A stretch of 61,397 bases of DNA from an uncultured Christensenella sp. (GTDB taxonomy: Bacteria > Bacillota > Clostridia > Christensenellales > UBA1242), in NCBI GenBank assembly GCA_905195085.1, contig CAJJUK010000003.1:1-61397 (forward strand), in the 5' to 3' direction. The position numbers and the translations under genes were made by a program. Shown one piece after another: positions 15,001 through 21,401 of this stretch; the first letter of the stretch is position 1, and every line of letters starts with the position of its first letter. The notes beneath the pieces were generated by a model. The model was given only the letters and a program-made list of their open reading frames with translations, was not told where the DNA came from and searched no databases.

Positions 15001-18000
15001 AACAACAATTTCAAGCTCATATAATTCAAATGCAGTTTTAAGTCAATATACTATTTCTGATTCAAAAAATGTGGTTGCTGGAGGAATTGTTGGTTACACC
15101 GCTGGAGCAACTGATTCGACAGTAACTTTGGAAAGTAACTACAACACTGGTTTGGTTGGTGCAGGAAACACGAGCAGTACATTCTCAATGGCCGGAGGAA
15201 TTGTTGGCTATGGAGAATACACGACTGTTTCATCATGTGTGAATGACGGCCCAGTTCAAGCAATTGGGAAAGAAGCAGATGAAAAATATAAGATTGAAAA
15301 ATCTATTTCAAGTGGGTCTTTGACAGAAGATACCACAGACAATCCAAAAGCTTTGGTTTATAAAATAAAAATGATATATAATCCAGAATCAGGGTCTAAT
15401 AAATCTTATAGACAAGTTTTTGCATTCGGTATTGGATATTTGATGAATAACAGTACTATAGATGCAAATAGTGCATCAAGCACAAACAATATCAAAAACG
15501 ATGGAAGTCTTGGTAAGATAGAGTTAACAAAAGAATTGGTATTTAATAGATTGGAGATTTTGGACGGAAATGGGGACTCGATTTCGACTGCCTATGGAAC
15601 CTTTAATAAAGGCGGAGACTATAAAGCTTCTTTCAGTGCTGAGAATAAACTCTATATCAATGCCTATGATTCATATGGTTACGCTTCAAGAGTTTACATG
15701 AAAGATGTGATTACTAGAGGGTATTTTGGAAATGGCACGAGTGGATACGATAATGAAATAGCTTATTCAGCTAGAGATATGTACAACCAAAGCAATGAAG
15801 ATGATTATGTTTACTATTTTGGTGAGTATACTATCGGCAGTGATAATGTTAGCAGTAATGTTGGCAGAAGTTACAGTGGCCTAGGAATTGAATCAGAAAT
15901 GTTTTTAATGAATGCGTCGACTACATATTCTGACTTTGTTGATTTTGTAAGATATGATGAATTATTGAAAAATGATGCTATAGTTGATGGAAAAGACTAC
16001 ACAAATTTAGCTGACGAGGAGATTAAATTAAATAGTATAGTTTCTTGTGTTAATGGAAGTTTCTTTAAAGAAGATATTTCAAATGAAGAAATGTATAATG
16101 ACAATATAAAAACTAGAGTGGAAAATGAGATTCAAAATATCGGCAATAAAAAGACTAGCTCGGAAGAAATGAAACATTTTACCGTAAATGGTAAGGAAGC
16201 TGCTGTTGTATATAATTCTTCAAATATTAAAACTGTTTATGCACCATTTGGTAAAGAGTTTTCTGTTTATTATGATATTGAAGAATACGGAATTGATTAT
16301 AATTATCTTTCTAATGATAGCTTTAGTATTGAAAGTGTCATTGTTAATGGTAAGTCAGTAACTCCACAATTCACTACTGTAAACTATGAAAGAGTTTCTG
16401 AAGATGGAAGCGGAAATGCTGGAGATTTTGTAAAAGTAGATTTCGGAGTATATTTTGACCAAGCAATTTCTGGATCAATAACCTATAATATAAATTTTAG
16501 AACCGCCCAACATGAAATTGAATTAGGTAAAAATAATGTGACATATAGTGGTGGATATATAACAATCAAACTTGAAGACGATAATAATAGCAGTAAATTA
16601 ACTCAAAATAACATAAACGAAATAAATAAAAATGATGGCAAATATGTTATTAGTATATTAATTGGTGATGAAGATAAATCTAGTGCGTCGGGATTAACTT
16701 TTGATTATTATGATGATTGTGCTCATGTTAGATTTAGAGGCACACAAACTGAAGCAGACAATATGAATGGGAAGACATTGACACTTTCTGTTAGCGTTGT
16801 GATAAAAGATACTGATTTTGGAGATGGATATGTAACTACAACATCAACAGATGCAGAATTCTCAATTATTAACGACGGTGATACTGAAACTGCCAGATTT
16901 GTTGGGTATAGTGACAGTACAATTAATATGGCAAGCAATGCTTATACAACCATAATTACAACAAAAGATGGACTTAATTATGTTACTGGAATAAAAATTT
17001 CGTTAGCTCAAGTTCTGAATGATTATGGTTCTAGATCAAGATTTGCTCTTGGAGTTGAAAACATTTTTGATGTTCATTACGAAAACTCAGTGCTTAAAAT
17101 CAATAATGATATAGTTGATGGTTATAAATTTGAAATAGCATATGAAGGTGGTGTTCCATATTTATATGTTAGAAAAGCTGACACCAATCAAATTGAAGGT
17201 GAAGAGGTGCCAATTGATGAAAACTCTGATCAATTAAAAGATTATACAACTGAGTTGGAAAGTTTCTTTGAAAGCATTGCTAATTTACAAATTTATTATG
17301 ATAGAAACAATGATGAAATTTGGTATCGTTTAAGAGATCATTCTAATACCGAAACAAAAAATGTGTTTCAATTTAGTTATACATCTTCTGCTGTGGATAA
17401 TGGAGACTTTATTTATGACGAGGATACTGGACTTGGTCGTTATGAAGGAGATGATTTTAATAATGCAGGTGGAGATAATATTAGAACGATAAAAAATACT
17501 TATTTTGGAATGGACTTTGTTACTCAAGAAGTCACATACTCTTATCAAGTTACAAGTGGAGAAATTACTAATCTCGGAGAAAGTGTTGGTTATGAATTGC
17601 AATTGTTGATGTCTGATACACAAAAAGGAATTTTATTTGGAACATTGGATCAAAACGAAAGTTTGGAAATTACTAGGGATATGATTCTTTCAAATGATGA
17701 CTCTTTGAAGATTAACAAAATTTCCATTAAAGCTTATAGCACTTCAAGATATTTAAATGATGATGTTAATGGAAATATAGTTTCATATTCAATTGTAAAT
17801 GGACAATTAGCAGGTTCTATTTCTTATAATAACTATACTTACACAATTTCATCAGGAGAAGAAATGTGTCCAATTTGTGATAAAGAATGCTCTTATATCT
17901 TAACGGCAGGAACATTTCAAGATGATTGGACAACATATTATTATGAATATAAAATTTATAACTGCGGAACAATAAGTGTTGGTTACCAAATTGAAAATGG

Positions 18001-20119
18001 TGGAACTAGAGGACCTTCTATTAATACAGATAAATGGGAAAATTCTCGTAAATTTGTAACAAATTTAGAAAATATGTTGTCTGACTCTCCAATTATGTAT
18101 GTTTATGAATTGGTAGAGATAGATGATAATGGAGAGACTGTTAGAAATTGGGAAGAAAATGAATATAGAGATACAACAGGGCTTGATTTGACAGTATTTT
18201 CAGAATTTACACCAAGTGGAGCGAGTCTTGGAACAAGTTTTGAGACAATATATGCAAATTTAGTTGTTTCAGATTTTAACGAAAATGAATTGTATTTTGC
18301 ACGAAACCCAGTGAGTGATGGCGGAAAGATTGAATCAATTAGATTCAAATATGAATATGAAGAAACAACCATAATTGAAACCGACAAGAAAATTAATTTA
18401 TATTCTACACAAAAAAGTAGCATTTCTATTAATAACGACTATATGGAGAGTGGTTCTTTTGAATATCGTGCTGAAGATAGCGACAAGTGGACAAAATCTG
18501 ACAGTGCAAAAATTGAAGCGACTACATATGAAGGTAAGACGTATTTCTATAGATATAGCGTTAATAGATCTCAAAGTCAAAATATAACAATTGAATCCGA
18601 ATCAGATACCCAATCTTTTGATTATATTATTTTTGCAGATGATATTAGTTTAGGTAAAGTAACTTTTGATGAAAATTCAAAAACAATCATTGGAAATAAT
18701 TATAATCTGACGTATATAAATAATGGTAAAAATGGAACGCTAATCTCACTTTATAGCACTAATAGCAGAGATATAAAAGATTTGAACGTGATAGGTATTA
18801 TTTCTGGCTCTTCAGCTTCAGGAGGGAAATTATCCTTATTAAGTAACTCTAATGATGCTAATATCGAAAATGTGAAATTCTATGGAAATGTGAGAAATAT
18901 TAATGTTTTGGCAAGTGAGTTTAGTTCCGTAGTGGGAACGAACTCATCTAATGTTAAAATTTTGAAAGTCGAGAGTTATCTTTCTGTAACAAGTTTGGAT
19001 GCTATGAGTTTGGATACTGAAAGTCAAAAGAATGTTTCAACAACTTTAAAAGATAAGGTTATTGTCAAAGAGTTTGGAGTTGATAAAGTAATAACAAATT
19101 CAGAAACAAATTCCGAGGAAAATTTTGCCTATAATTCACATAACATTCTTATTGCAGGAAATGGCGGGAACGGAACAGATGGAGAAAATGGAGAAGATGT
19201 AGGTGAAGCTGGCGAAATTGGTGAAAATGGTGGAAATGGTGGTTCGGTTGAAATTCAATCTGAAACATTTAAAGGCTATTATAAGCTCGGCATTAATGGT
19301 GTTGGTGGAAATGGCGGAAATGGTGCGAATGGAAAGTTTAATTCCGCAGATGTCAAGACCATTGGTGGAGGAGATGGCGGAGCAAAAGGATATGCGGGTT
19401 CTAATGGAACAGCAAAAGTTTTGGGCGAAAATAGCGACTCTATTAACGAAATAAAACAAAACGTAAGAGAAGAAGGAATAGATTCTTATGGTGGAAACGG
19501 TGGAATAGGCGGCTTTGGTAGAGTCAATATAAAAGAGCTTACAGGGTATGTGCCAATTTTGAATATTCCTATTTATGGATATTTTTACTGTCTATCCGCA
19601 AGTAGTGGATATAGCAATGCATCAGCACCTGTTTCTGGAGCTGCAGTAAGCAGAATAAGCAGTAGTTTCCAAAGTGATGGAGAATCTCGTTTAAAATGGA
19701 GCTCTTATAAATCGGAGAAAAGTTCAGATGGTGACGAAAACCATTTTGAAAGGAGTCAATCTTACGGAGTTATGACGGAACAAGATTTTATGAAAAATGC
19801 TAAATTGGACAATTTGTTCCCAAGTAATCAAGATAAAAATATTAATGAACAGAGACCTATTTTGGAATCTAACTATAATAGTGAGATTAAAGATGGAGAT
19901 TATGACTCTATAAAAACACCAACGACGGGATTGTTTGTAAGACCAAAAACAATTTATGTCGTTTCACAAACTTTTGAACAAAGACATGGTTTAGTTTTTG
20001 GAAGTTGGGGATTGGTCGGCTGGAGAGATTTCCGTGATGGATATAGAACAGCTTGGATGAGTGGCGAAGGTGTTAATTCAAGTGCAGATTGCGTTTGTAC
20101 AGGAGCCGAATATAAATAA
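35..20119 (+). CDS. giant surface lipoprotein (6,694 aa) with multiple GLUG-like beta-helix repeat modules
   Basis: Uninterrupted 20.1-kb ORF. AGGAGG at 25-30, then ATG at 35. N-terminus MKKFALGILSVFMILGGVLLSAC is a signal peptide plus lipobox (Cys codon 101-103). More than 30 GG(I/V)(A/V)G-type turns by eye, grouped in modules starting near nt 3368, 7007, 8441, 10396, 13060, 14345 and 18600. No C-terminal TM helix or LPXTG. Confidence 0.85.
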   Translation: MKKFALGILSVFMILGGVLLSACEKKVSLSVSTEEVVIYTNDEQAENYQSKVIDVSLENSSSGINVEILKGGDSIRLSPVTVKNSSNYSFTIYADKSGEAEVKVSAKEDSKQSKIVSVHVMTVLEEIKTLPEDSVDGRTNLFVTKGVNKKLNVDDYFSLEPVTANICDIIWSFEDSEEENSQQFVKDGILYATIQGDVLYVNEDFDMSYINLRASFANNTNVYNTVRFEVLEKSTINNLTIDGVALYQNNSVATNEATFKLTRNNSNLSSVQGSIVINTPYEISLSPVVYEKLDNGDLQALSKSEYENYLTLEIDAPVVDEATNKITYNFTIDALDKSAINRFGTFYFYFKIGYKDYNFDLVSDGSTVILDTFYSATRIEVSNANGDILNNNVIDVFSNYATGNGYQISTTVLPTEVAIDNSMYYISVDLNQDALKNLALDENNPVSSFIKVYYRGQELTFTHEAGSSVYTSPTILNNSDIYVASGSEFDILEGVEFRFISVSNADASTSLTMNFYRISEDENLTITDANDEDIPSTTYISSSVNAAKTMTFNVKIKDLSTISGLTLKSDENSRFTFSDIQYVSSSLDPDEGVYVIVRFTVSLNGYNFDSSTNFWFEHVTGKTSAKFGIHAFVPLSSASISNADKASSDVYKDEQTVQNFVELAGLIDSDVTRQSSSLSKLMLEAGTSIPLNTNYQNASLSETAISYKMLSFDTLVAAVKVVEGIIDDNEALARAEELFSSNDLNTIALNYYRYFEDNNGLYFTINESRLSLTDNAFKGYVCVLFSGYDEEHNEIVLARFFALESFYSVRYLSSDVKTALLYTTETLSQSDIGLSRVDVTVSMRPDEKVPTYSNDLSYFNFTSALDDFEGTQDGNYLKNRYYEISNISFASSGRYFKFRITANSTNMQTSVRDILTISYMDENGFERKTEIQIEIRNVKRIESVQWLNQTEDNEIYLNLTTTVSSERSFTISTSVSPSDANDTSLAYAYFASYGSSSDLSITTSSIGQTFNLNINTSKGGYGNLYLLPNDMIKTVDGVDQVLVYKYSEDAEGEIVETAKTIRLSEFDSYYDKLINENDEFSTYFYNNDGEKIYYKDLIVKIAITIADGMSEGTAIRVYNEADLKNIDTAKYYRIMNNITLTNWVSYNEFSGMFFGKDDTITLTFEGNSQSFVNTLLEKGVIKNLIFAGNVTSAGTESAGFVANTNYGTIDGVSVDVYYADGEYKSSTLNATASYVGGIAGYNFGTIKNTYSYGVTINATNGMYVGGIAGNNQKTIENCGVEFYNFVTQNGNSSVTASNKITTTGAVGGIVGFGGETSVIEKSYAYAYSLMEAGSCAINNVFANSTATKGAFLAAFEAGAVVNESFAFMGSLRAPVESNTSAQMITFKNSYITYYNGTTSTAAINTRIFVNATFAYTNQIYDGDTEQIGDSNVLQTTDIPSDYNNPTQGEKWSNLVARLSSDIWETVDVDDEINFGFMYLKNTTQSAAVDVANVNIANNVSPLKSLSAGNDKGILFVYSPTVTISDPAEQSALTSYNTISVADLFGVTAEQAKSLLITSESKNISINSNSIRILSKSVTEIELNVHSKMNFTSYKTFKFVILNYLPELSTTIDSAELKDNQTVLLQTGLNNSRTIMFNMNNTIYLNGTGYSTAKDTFTVDYNLTGNTYTDDSGEEAVTKDYVTVSKSNNSLTLLGNKNHENGDVTEVEAYIVVDDVANDSDYSNAIKTNRSRNFGVSVYNGATSLVINNATNLIVKPSQYAVFDVSLETDAENDNLVFGLQYGEIEIPNEISSDDYAAKFVVDSKLTLNVSWTRTPTETGFSFRVWVRIDDANKHLIDQIYDDLTLKVNAESQSSNTNYLKTVGLTVMTQEIEDISISTYNIESRQIRNSVLYLIPADEITNTLTPSSDAIIAVTVDPAYAMMTKFRLTYSVSGGSGTTGTVNISKLAYNSRYGYYINSNSTSLIENGIEVTLTDEDRTGNGVFYFRVYVSSAFETSSSLQFTLTYYNGNTPLISGTHNLSIDYLQSANIKVNGVSTYVLAKGGSATVTVTVDKNQELEDLYLQNNGANISLSAYTMEEFDTYKVYTATISAYVDAKLTGNKDSGIFYVCATVKRVVNNNSEIKESRATICLVDFSVDGNNIKVSSSGGTSTYNGQTYDVFYSYINATDTLSFDYPFDPETYNYDQNDASEVAAVENIMEKRARFERSNTYKDEEVGYYINYDLNEQTGVYEELSLKYQLWYATDENNSTAICNGSGIVQNGIFRIDEAEGKYTDGTSYSYLTVTGLRTGRQLMKLRTTITYQGIEMYYDYYFLIVVEVWSDEDTPTQIFTADEFIDYATNSEQTDDYILMNDIVLTDYTPLDTDLIDSLDGNGYTIHINSFAYPEGSSLNLALFNTVTENTTLKNVRVNIYNGGQITVNISQYTDINIAGFAIENNGIIYNSEVLAYYDEEYQSSSISGETGLVVRYTMGTNTDPIEITSGMVSSLGIESLVSGFVITNNASITNSRVGGDSFRQIIDIAGTNYLKTQSLNLFVLRGQGEVSGFVNDNASSGYISASFADNIQIYNDMASTTSLTAGFAVYNHNNIQGSYVEGKGEELSDDGKIVIYNNLSNITSIGIVGGFVYQNDALIKNSYSNIAIENSESKASLVAGFVYINSESAEVTLCYAACDITKTDISQMQFSGVDDYANSLNAGTISFSYFYNESLIDDTNQNNVTSGALSVSDVMNEDTFYGFSFASEPGAYNGIWSVSNTEKLTLVSANQISFSNRYAVTNGSVTSIFYNRSIIDADTMRSVDLSYGSDNNPIIIRSAYDFAMATGKAGATEISSYKEYYSDTEVFGNYRIVNNIDMSEIDQNSENDNSIKLQTTKKTFTGLLDGNGFTISNISLGSSEVAENFGLFAKLDGAVIMNLDLIVDSIHNSRANIVGTLAGTAVDSRIISISLSPVTTQTTSKTSILGNNVVGGVVGMLFGESKMSDINVVDIDVYSAFYLSGKGVNSNEGNVGSTLRGYASNGNSISTYVSRISYAGAIAGYVDIYDSLNAETVLFSSSLAVSDYDIVTVHVSDSVNIYGEVAGGLFGYVGNSTMVYDATLELDADMSLTKPSYIISKNLFAGGLIGENYGGLFAVSASYASELQYTIEETENGYYSGNTAAERGQQSIFSYTPSDEGYASNINNPLYIGGLVGYMGGGYIYIGYSKLNVISHSASTLAVGGIIGLAGYKDTQYDLTFLDPVQKVNVYLNDVYASGDVYIDSTTGNGYSAGIIGALERTSDGHISVVALKNVLAVNYYSYNGSKLVGDRTASTDAESGYVSDRHFILVGKVVSSANNNIDNDDIVFGTSLYLIDSENYYLDISKGYEYGTHQSNTVGGYTAVKLSSSTISLNLKPYGFKTSWDDGTSEKWYNALVNVESIGDTSMGSMSNAYAKMYSYFLANGWSDEYWEHTEENLFPHIQLLPVLNVIFWDQYNTDEVLQAMENSSVTVILRGKVDKDTNEYMDIDLRNGYRDSNDNEHTFEAISGFHGTLISYYDYANSNTEGMVTEEITESDGKVVGGYAGSGTNAADKVGIIINKSFFDGLTDNATVEGINFYLCGNSGSTIDYTLIDGGAGDAILRDVKITANNDIVISTETMTIGSETAYSGGLIARDAHGTSFINITINLRNDATIEFSHVGNYDKDYEIYMGLLAGYIEQTSAFNQINIQGIQIAHEGADDEESVKSNIDFDVKDSSESSVGVSLYAGLYAGKITKGTGRARISLGLSNVGNVNLNFNIKADGTKKAYIGGFAGEIESVDAVELINSDENSGSINALDINQCSSVDSLYAGVAFGNIVNSYLTISNTGTSAVALSGGVYQVGNVTSKQTYIGGIAGSVNSSTSIQSFSIDFSVGKKNDLASVANDYVVDEETGETLFDQNLYSYNNQEKDEAGLTPFIIEIENNNDVIDIGNIGGFFGYVSGATITVTGSCNVSGNIDVQIGKDATKDPTKADKEVYLGGVIGQTTGALIVNSSMVNEINISVKEPDLASGNAHAYIGGLVGKMTNIVGDNANSVSSSVNTSQIYLQYNGTVLASVKDLTFGGAIGYIEREDYLNQDKAITISGVIYGGAVKIYGQEKNDKTYNLPENVTIGGIVGEYNNKISLGDDTLNSVRYYTISNCYTYGDVFVNYLPNGVENEGSIYNSRLATYNFGGIVGEGSYIAVRNCYSLMTSFNDRLAEDEEGGSKISSNTNAIVGASSSVVQFSGNKYNSSVCMAYQEESGNQDIAYGNVTDNYYGYTTIYDTQREGTPGEGTDNTESNSSNLYSSENILVEFQNKGIDFNNIVAGHKLSPYEWSQSNENNQIKVSDDDDEDYFVTIEGSLHNITWVAVTENVSTSRPIADNLKNYAIIGNGHIITRTDDSSYNDDDTSYSDGFYFGGLINELGEKFDANKAQEQNPNFNVVAGLIMNLEISSADIKGDGKNVTTYGGVAGTMDGSSFIYGVGIKGELSVGGENSQLRLGGIAGLMINGSISESYVDADITYRASEGGILSGVANISDQNTTIKSTYSSGLLETYVDVNIYTFANSVNNNSTTSADVMDCYSISQIKKNNALGSEFEHKSSFINEFNSESGSEGLNVIGNVISGSNEVLDNEYGTSYGMDELSIPYYGYKTGEGETETIVNGISQNSLIIGNKDETLYTLHTWYFNRYVNYGYASHGFGYLKNTTTYELIETTTEEDPNTVIAREYNPITYDKIISDGDNYGGENSNWYLGVLNQGKFDQMYDTVEYNVVDGVNQNTNYDKDYKFVLRYSFVVSEVGKNLGDPDKNLVIDGQNVTLDLSGSSASGLFDTFIGEVRNLRISNADIKTPNSVIFGLLANVFEGKIDNVSVNGKITNTSLAKYIGGVVGVLEGTASNVDAVVNITTTKNSVVGGVVGYLAKSGSVELASNNGQIIQTVDSSNILKKYDSVNNKVLEDKDTASNIAASPYKYIQSELNDKQEDKTYTSDLNGIAGGIVGYAESGTTISSSYNSNAVLSQYTISDSKNVVAGGIVGYTAGATDSTVTLESNYNTGLVGAGNTSSTFSMAGGIVGYGEYTTVSSCVNDGPVQAIGKEADEKYKIEKSISSGSLTEDTTDNPKALVYKIKMIYNPESGSNKSYRQVFAFGIGYLMNNSTIDANSASSTNNIKNDGSLGKIELTKELVFNRLEILDGNGDSISTAYGTFNKGGDYKASFSAENKLYINAYDSYGYASRVYMKDVITRGYFGNGTSGYDNEIAYSARDMYNQSNEDDYVYYFGEYTIGSDNVSSNVGRSYSGLGIESEMFLMNASTTYSDFVDFVRYDELLKNDAIVDGKDYTNLADEEIKLNSIVSCVNGSFFKEDISNEEMYNDNIKTRVENEIQNIGNKKTSSEEMKHFTVNGKEAAVVYNSSNIKTVYAPFGKEFSVYYDIEEYGIDYNYLSNDSFSIESVIVNGKSVTPQFTTVNYERVSEDGSGNAGDFVKVDFGVYFDQAISGSITYNINFRTAQHEIELGKNNVTYSGGYITIKLEDDNNSSKLTQNNINEINKNDGKYVISILIGDEDKSSASGLTFDYYDDCAHVRFRGTQTEADNMNGKTLTLSVSVVIKDTDFGDGYVTTTSTDAEFSIINDGDTETARFVGYSDSTINMASNAYTTIITTKDGLNYVTGIKISLAQVLNDYGSRSRFALGVENIFDVHYENSVLKINNDIVDGYKFEIAYEGGVPYLYVRKADTNQIEGEEVPIDENSDQLKDYTTELESFFESIANLQIYYDRNNDEIWYRLRDHSNTETKNVFQFSYTSSAVDNGDFIYDEDTGLGRYEGDDFNNAGGDNIRTIKNTYFGMDFVTQEVTYSYQVTSGEITNLGESVGYELQLLMSDTQKGILFGTLDQNESLEITRDMILSNDDSLKINKISIKAYSTSRYLNDDVNGNIVSYSIVNGQLAGSISYNNYTYTISSGEEMCPICDKECSYILTAGTFQDDWTTYYYEYKIYNCGTISVGYQIENGGTRGPSINTDKWENSRKFVTNLENMLSDSPIMYVYELVEIDDNGETVRNWEENEYRDTTGLDLTVFSEFTPSGASLGTSFETIYANLVVSDFNENELYFARNPVSDGGKIESIRFKYEYEETTIIETDKKINLYSTQKSSISINNDYMESGSFEYRAEDSDKWTKSDSAKIEATTYEGKTYFYRYSVNRSQSQNITIESESDTQSFDYIIFADDISLGKVTFDENSKTIIGNNYNLTYINNGKNGTLISLYSTNSRDIKDLNVIGIISGSSASGGKLSLLSNSNDANIENVKFYGNVRNINVLASEFSSVVGTNSSNVKILKVESYLSVTSLDAMSLDTESQKNVSTTLKDKVIVKEFGVDKVITNSETNSEENFAYNSHNILIAGNGGNGTDGENGEDVGEAGEIGENGGNGGSVEIQSETFKGYYKLGINGVGGNGGNGANGKFNSADVKTIGGGDGGAKGYAGSNGTAKVLGENSDSINEIKQNVREEGIDSYGGNGGIGGFGRVNIKELTGYVPILNIPIYGYFYCLSASSGYSNASAPVSGAAVSRISSSFQSDGESRLKWSSYKSEKSSDGDENHFERSQSYGVMTEQDFMKNAKLDNLFPSNQDKNINEQRPILESNYNSEIKDGDYDSIKTPTTGLFVRPKTIYVVSQTFEQRHGLVFGSWGLVGWRDFRDGYRTAWMSGEGVNSSADCVCTGAEYK
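19154..19520 (+). repeat. Gly/Asn-rich GGxGG tract inside the giant CDS
   Basis: Translation IAGNGGNGTDGENGEDVGEAGEIGENGGNGGSVEI...GINGVGGNGGNGANGKF...GGGDGGAKGYAGSNG...YGGNGGIGGFG. Low-complexity GGNGG repeats distinct from the GG(I/V)AG modules upstream. Confidence 0.7.
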
Positions 20120-20135
20120 AAATTAGGAGACTTTT

Positions 20136-20876
20136 ATGAAGAAAAATGATGGGAAATTGCACGAGGGGCATCGTGTGAGATTGCTGGATTTGGCCCTGAA
20201 TGCAGGGGTTGACAATATGAGTGATATTCAAGTCGTTGAGTTTTTCTTGACTTATATCTTCCCTCGTGGAGATGTCAACCCTCTCGCTCATCGTCTTTTG
20301 GAAGAATACGAAACCTTTGCTCAAATTGTTGATGCTGACGTCAATGATCTTATGAGAATTGATGGAATCAATGAACGTGCTGCCAAGAAAATCAGTATGT
20401 TTGGCGAGTTGTTCTATTACTACACTTCTGCAAAAATGGGCAGGAAATATGTTGTTAAAAACATCGGCGACATTATTGATGTTATTGAAGACCATTTACG
20501 TTTTCGTACCGCCGAAAATATGCTCATTCTTGCCATCAGTGCTGGAAACATTATCACGCACAAACGACGAATTAATATGCACAATTCAAGCATGGTCGGA
20601 ATTCCTGTTTTGGAATTGACCAAGTTTATGGCAACTTCAAAACCTGTTTCTCTTGTGGTTGCTCACTGTCATCCATATGGAAAAGCAGTGCCTTCTGAAG
20701 AAGACAAAGAGGGCTTTGACATCATTAATAATCTTTGCACAACTTGTGGAGTTAATTTCATTGATTCATACATAGTTGGAGAAGAGGGTGTTTACAGCAT
20801 GAAAGCCAACCAAATAGTTAGGCATTATTATGACATTGAGCAACTTAAAGAGGCATTTAGCTCGGTTGCTAAATAA
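20136..20876 (+). CDS. radC: RadC-family protein (HhH N-domain + JAB/MPN domain), paralog 1
   Basis: 246 aa. N-terminal RadC-type region HEGHRVRLL...FPRGDVNPLAHRLL...IDGINERAAKKI. C-terminal JAB motif AHCHPYG...PSEED. AGGAG at 20125-20129. Starts 16 nt after the giant gene stop. Confidence 0.8.
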   Translation: MKKNDGKLHEGHRVRLLDLALNAGVDNMSDIQVVEFFLTYIFPRGDVNPLAHRLLEEYETFAQIVDADVNDLMRIDGINERAAKKISMFGELFYYYTSAKMGRKYVVKNIGDIIDVIEDHLRFRTAENMLILAISAGNIITHKRRINMHNSSMVGIPVLELTKFMATSKPVSLVVAHCHPYGKAVPSEEDKEGFDIINNLCTTCGVNFIDSYIVGEEGVYSMKANQIVRHYYDIEQLKEAFSSVAK

Positions 20877-20880
20877 AATT

Positions 20881-20906
20881 AAAACTCAGCGAAAGCTGAG
20901 TTTTTT
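20881..20906. terminator. bidirectional intrinsic terminator between convergent genes
   Basis: AAAACTCAGC-GAAA-GCTGAGTTTT hairpin flanked by an A-run and a T-run. Lies between the radC stop (20876) and the stop of the minus-strand gene (20922). Confidence 0.7.
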
Positions 20907-20921
20907 GTTTGAAAACATTTT

Positions 20922-21344
20922 TTAGAAAAGTTTTAAAAGGAAATAGCAGATTATTATGCCTAAGGTTGTTCCAATCAGGGCAGATAGAAAACTGAGAAGT
21001 ATGGTTGCTATATTTAATTTCTTTTCTTTTGCTTTTTCTTTTTTGATGTATTTGGGTTTGTCATTTTCCAGCACTTCAAATCCATATGGGAGAACTGCCA
21101 GGCAATACACATCGTCGTCATCATATTTGATTGAAATAAAGTCTTGGCGCTCAAGGTGTGTCAAGATGTGTTTGACTGCTTCGCTATCCATTCTGAAATG
21201 TCGCGGAAGAGACATTATTATGTCCGAAACTTCGATAATTTTATAGTTTCCATCGCTACATTCATTTGCGAGAATTTTCAGAACAAGTTTCGATTTTGTG
21301 TCTATCATAATCTTAGTTTTTCTTTTTATTATGTTCTTATACAT
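20922..21344 (-). CDS. small membrane-anchored protein with winged-helix-like N-domain and C-terminal TM helix
   Basis: 140-aa ORF. An alternative start MIDTK at 21308 is possible; no strong SD at either start. The pattern LKILANEC...YKIIEVSDIIMSL...VKHILTHLERQDFISIKY looks wHTH-like. The C-terminal hydrophobic helix IATILLSFLSALIGTTLGIIICYFLL follows a Lys-rich linker. Confidence 0.55.
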   Translation of the reverse strand: MYKNIIKRKTKIMIDTKSKLVLKILANECSDGNYKIIEVSDIIMSLPRHFRMDSEAVKHILTHLERQDFISIKYDDDDVYCLAVLPYGFEVLENDKPKYIKKEKAKEKKLNIATILLSFLSALIGTTLGIIICYFLLKLF

Positions 21345-21401
21345 CTTTTGATTTTCGCATAAATTGAGCCAATTTTGGAAAAATTAAAGAAAAAGGCTGT
21401 T

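Noticed and set aside
19521-20876. Polymorphic-toxin reading: C-terminal toxin domain of a giant protein followed by an immunity gene (RadC after giant 1, ankyrin after giant 2)
   Set aside because: No recognisable toxin fold or pre-toxin motif appears in either C-terminus. RadC here is full-length with the housekeeping-type N-domain. The ankyrin gene has its own promoter after a terminator. The idea is kept only as a remote possibility.
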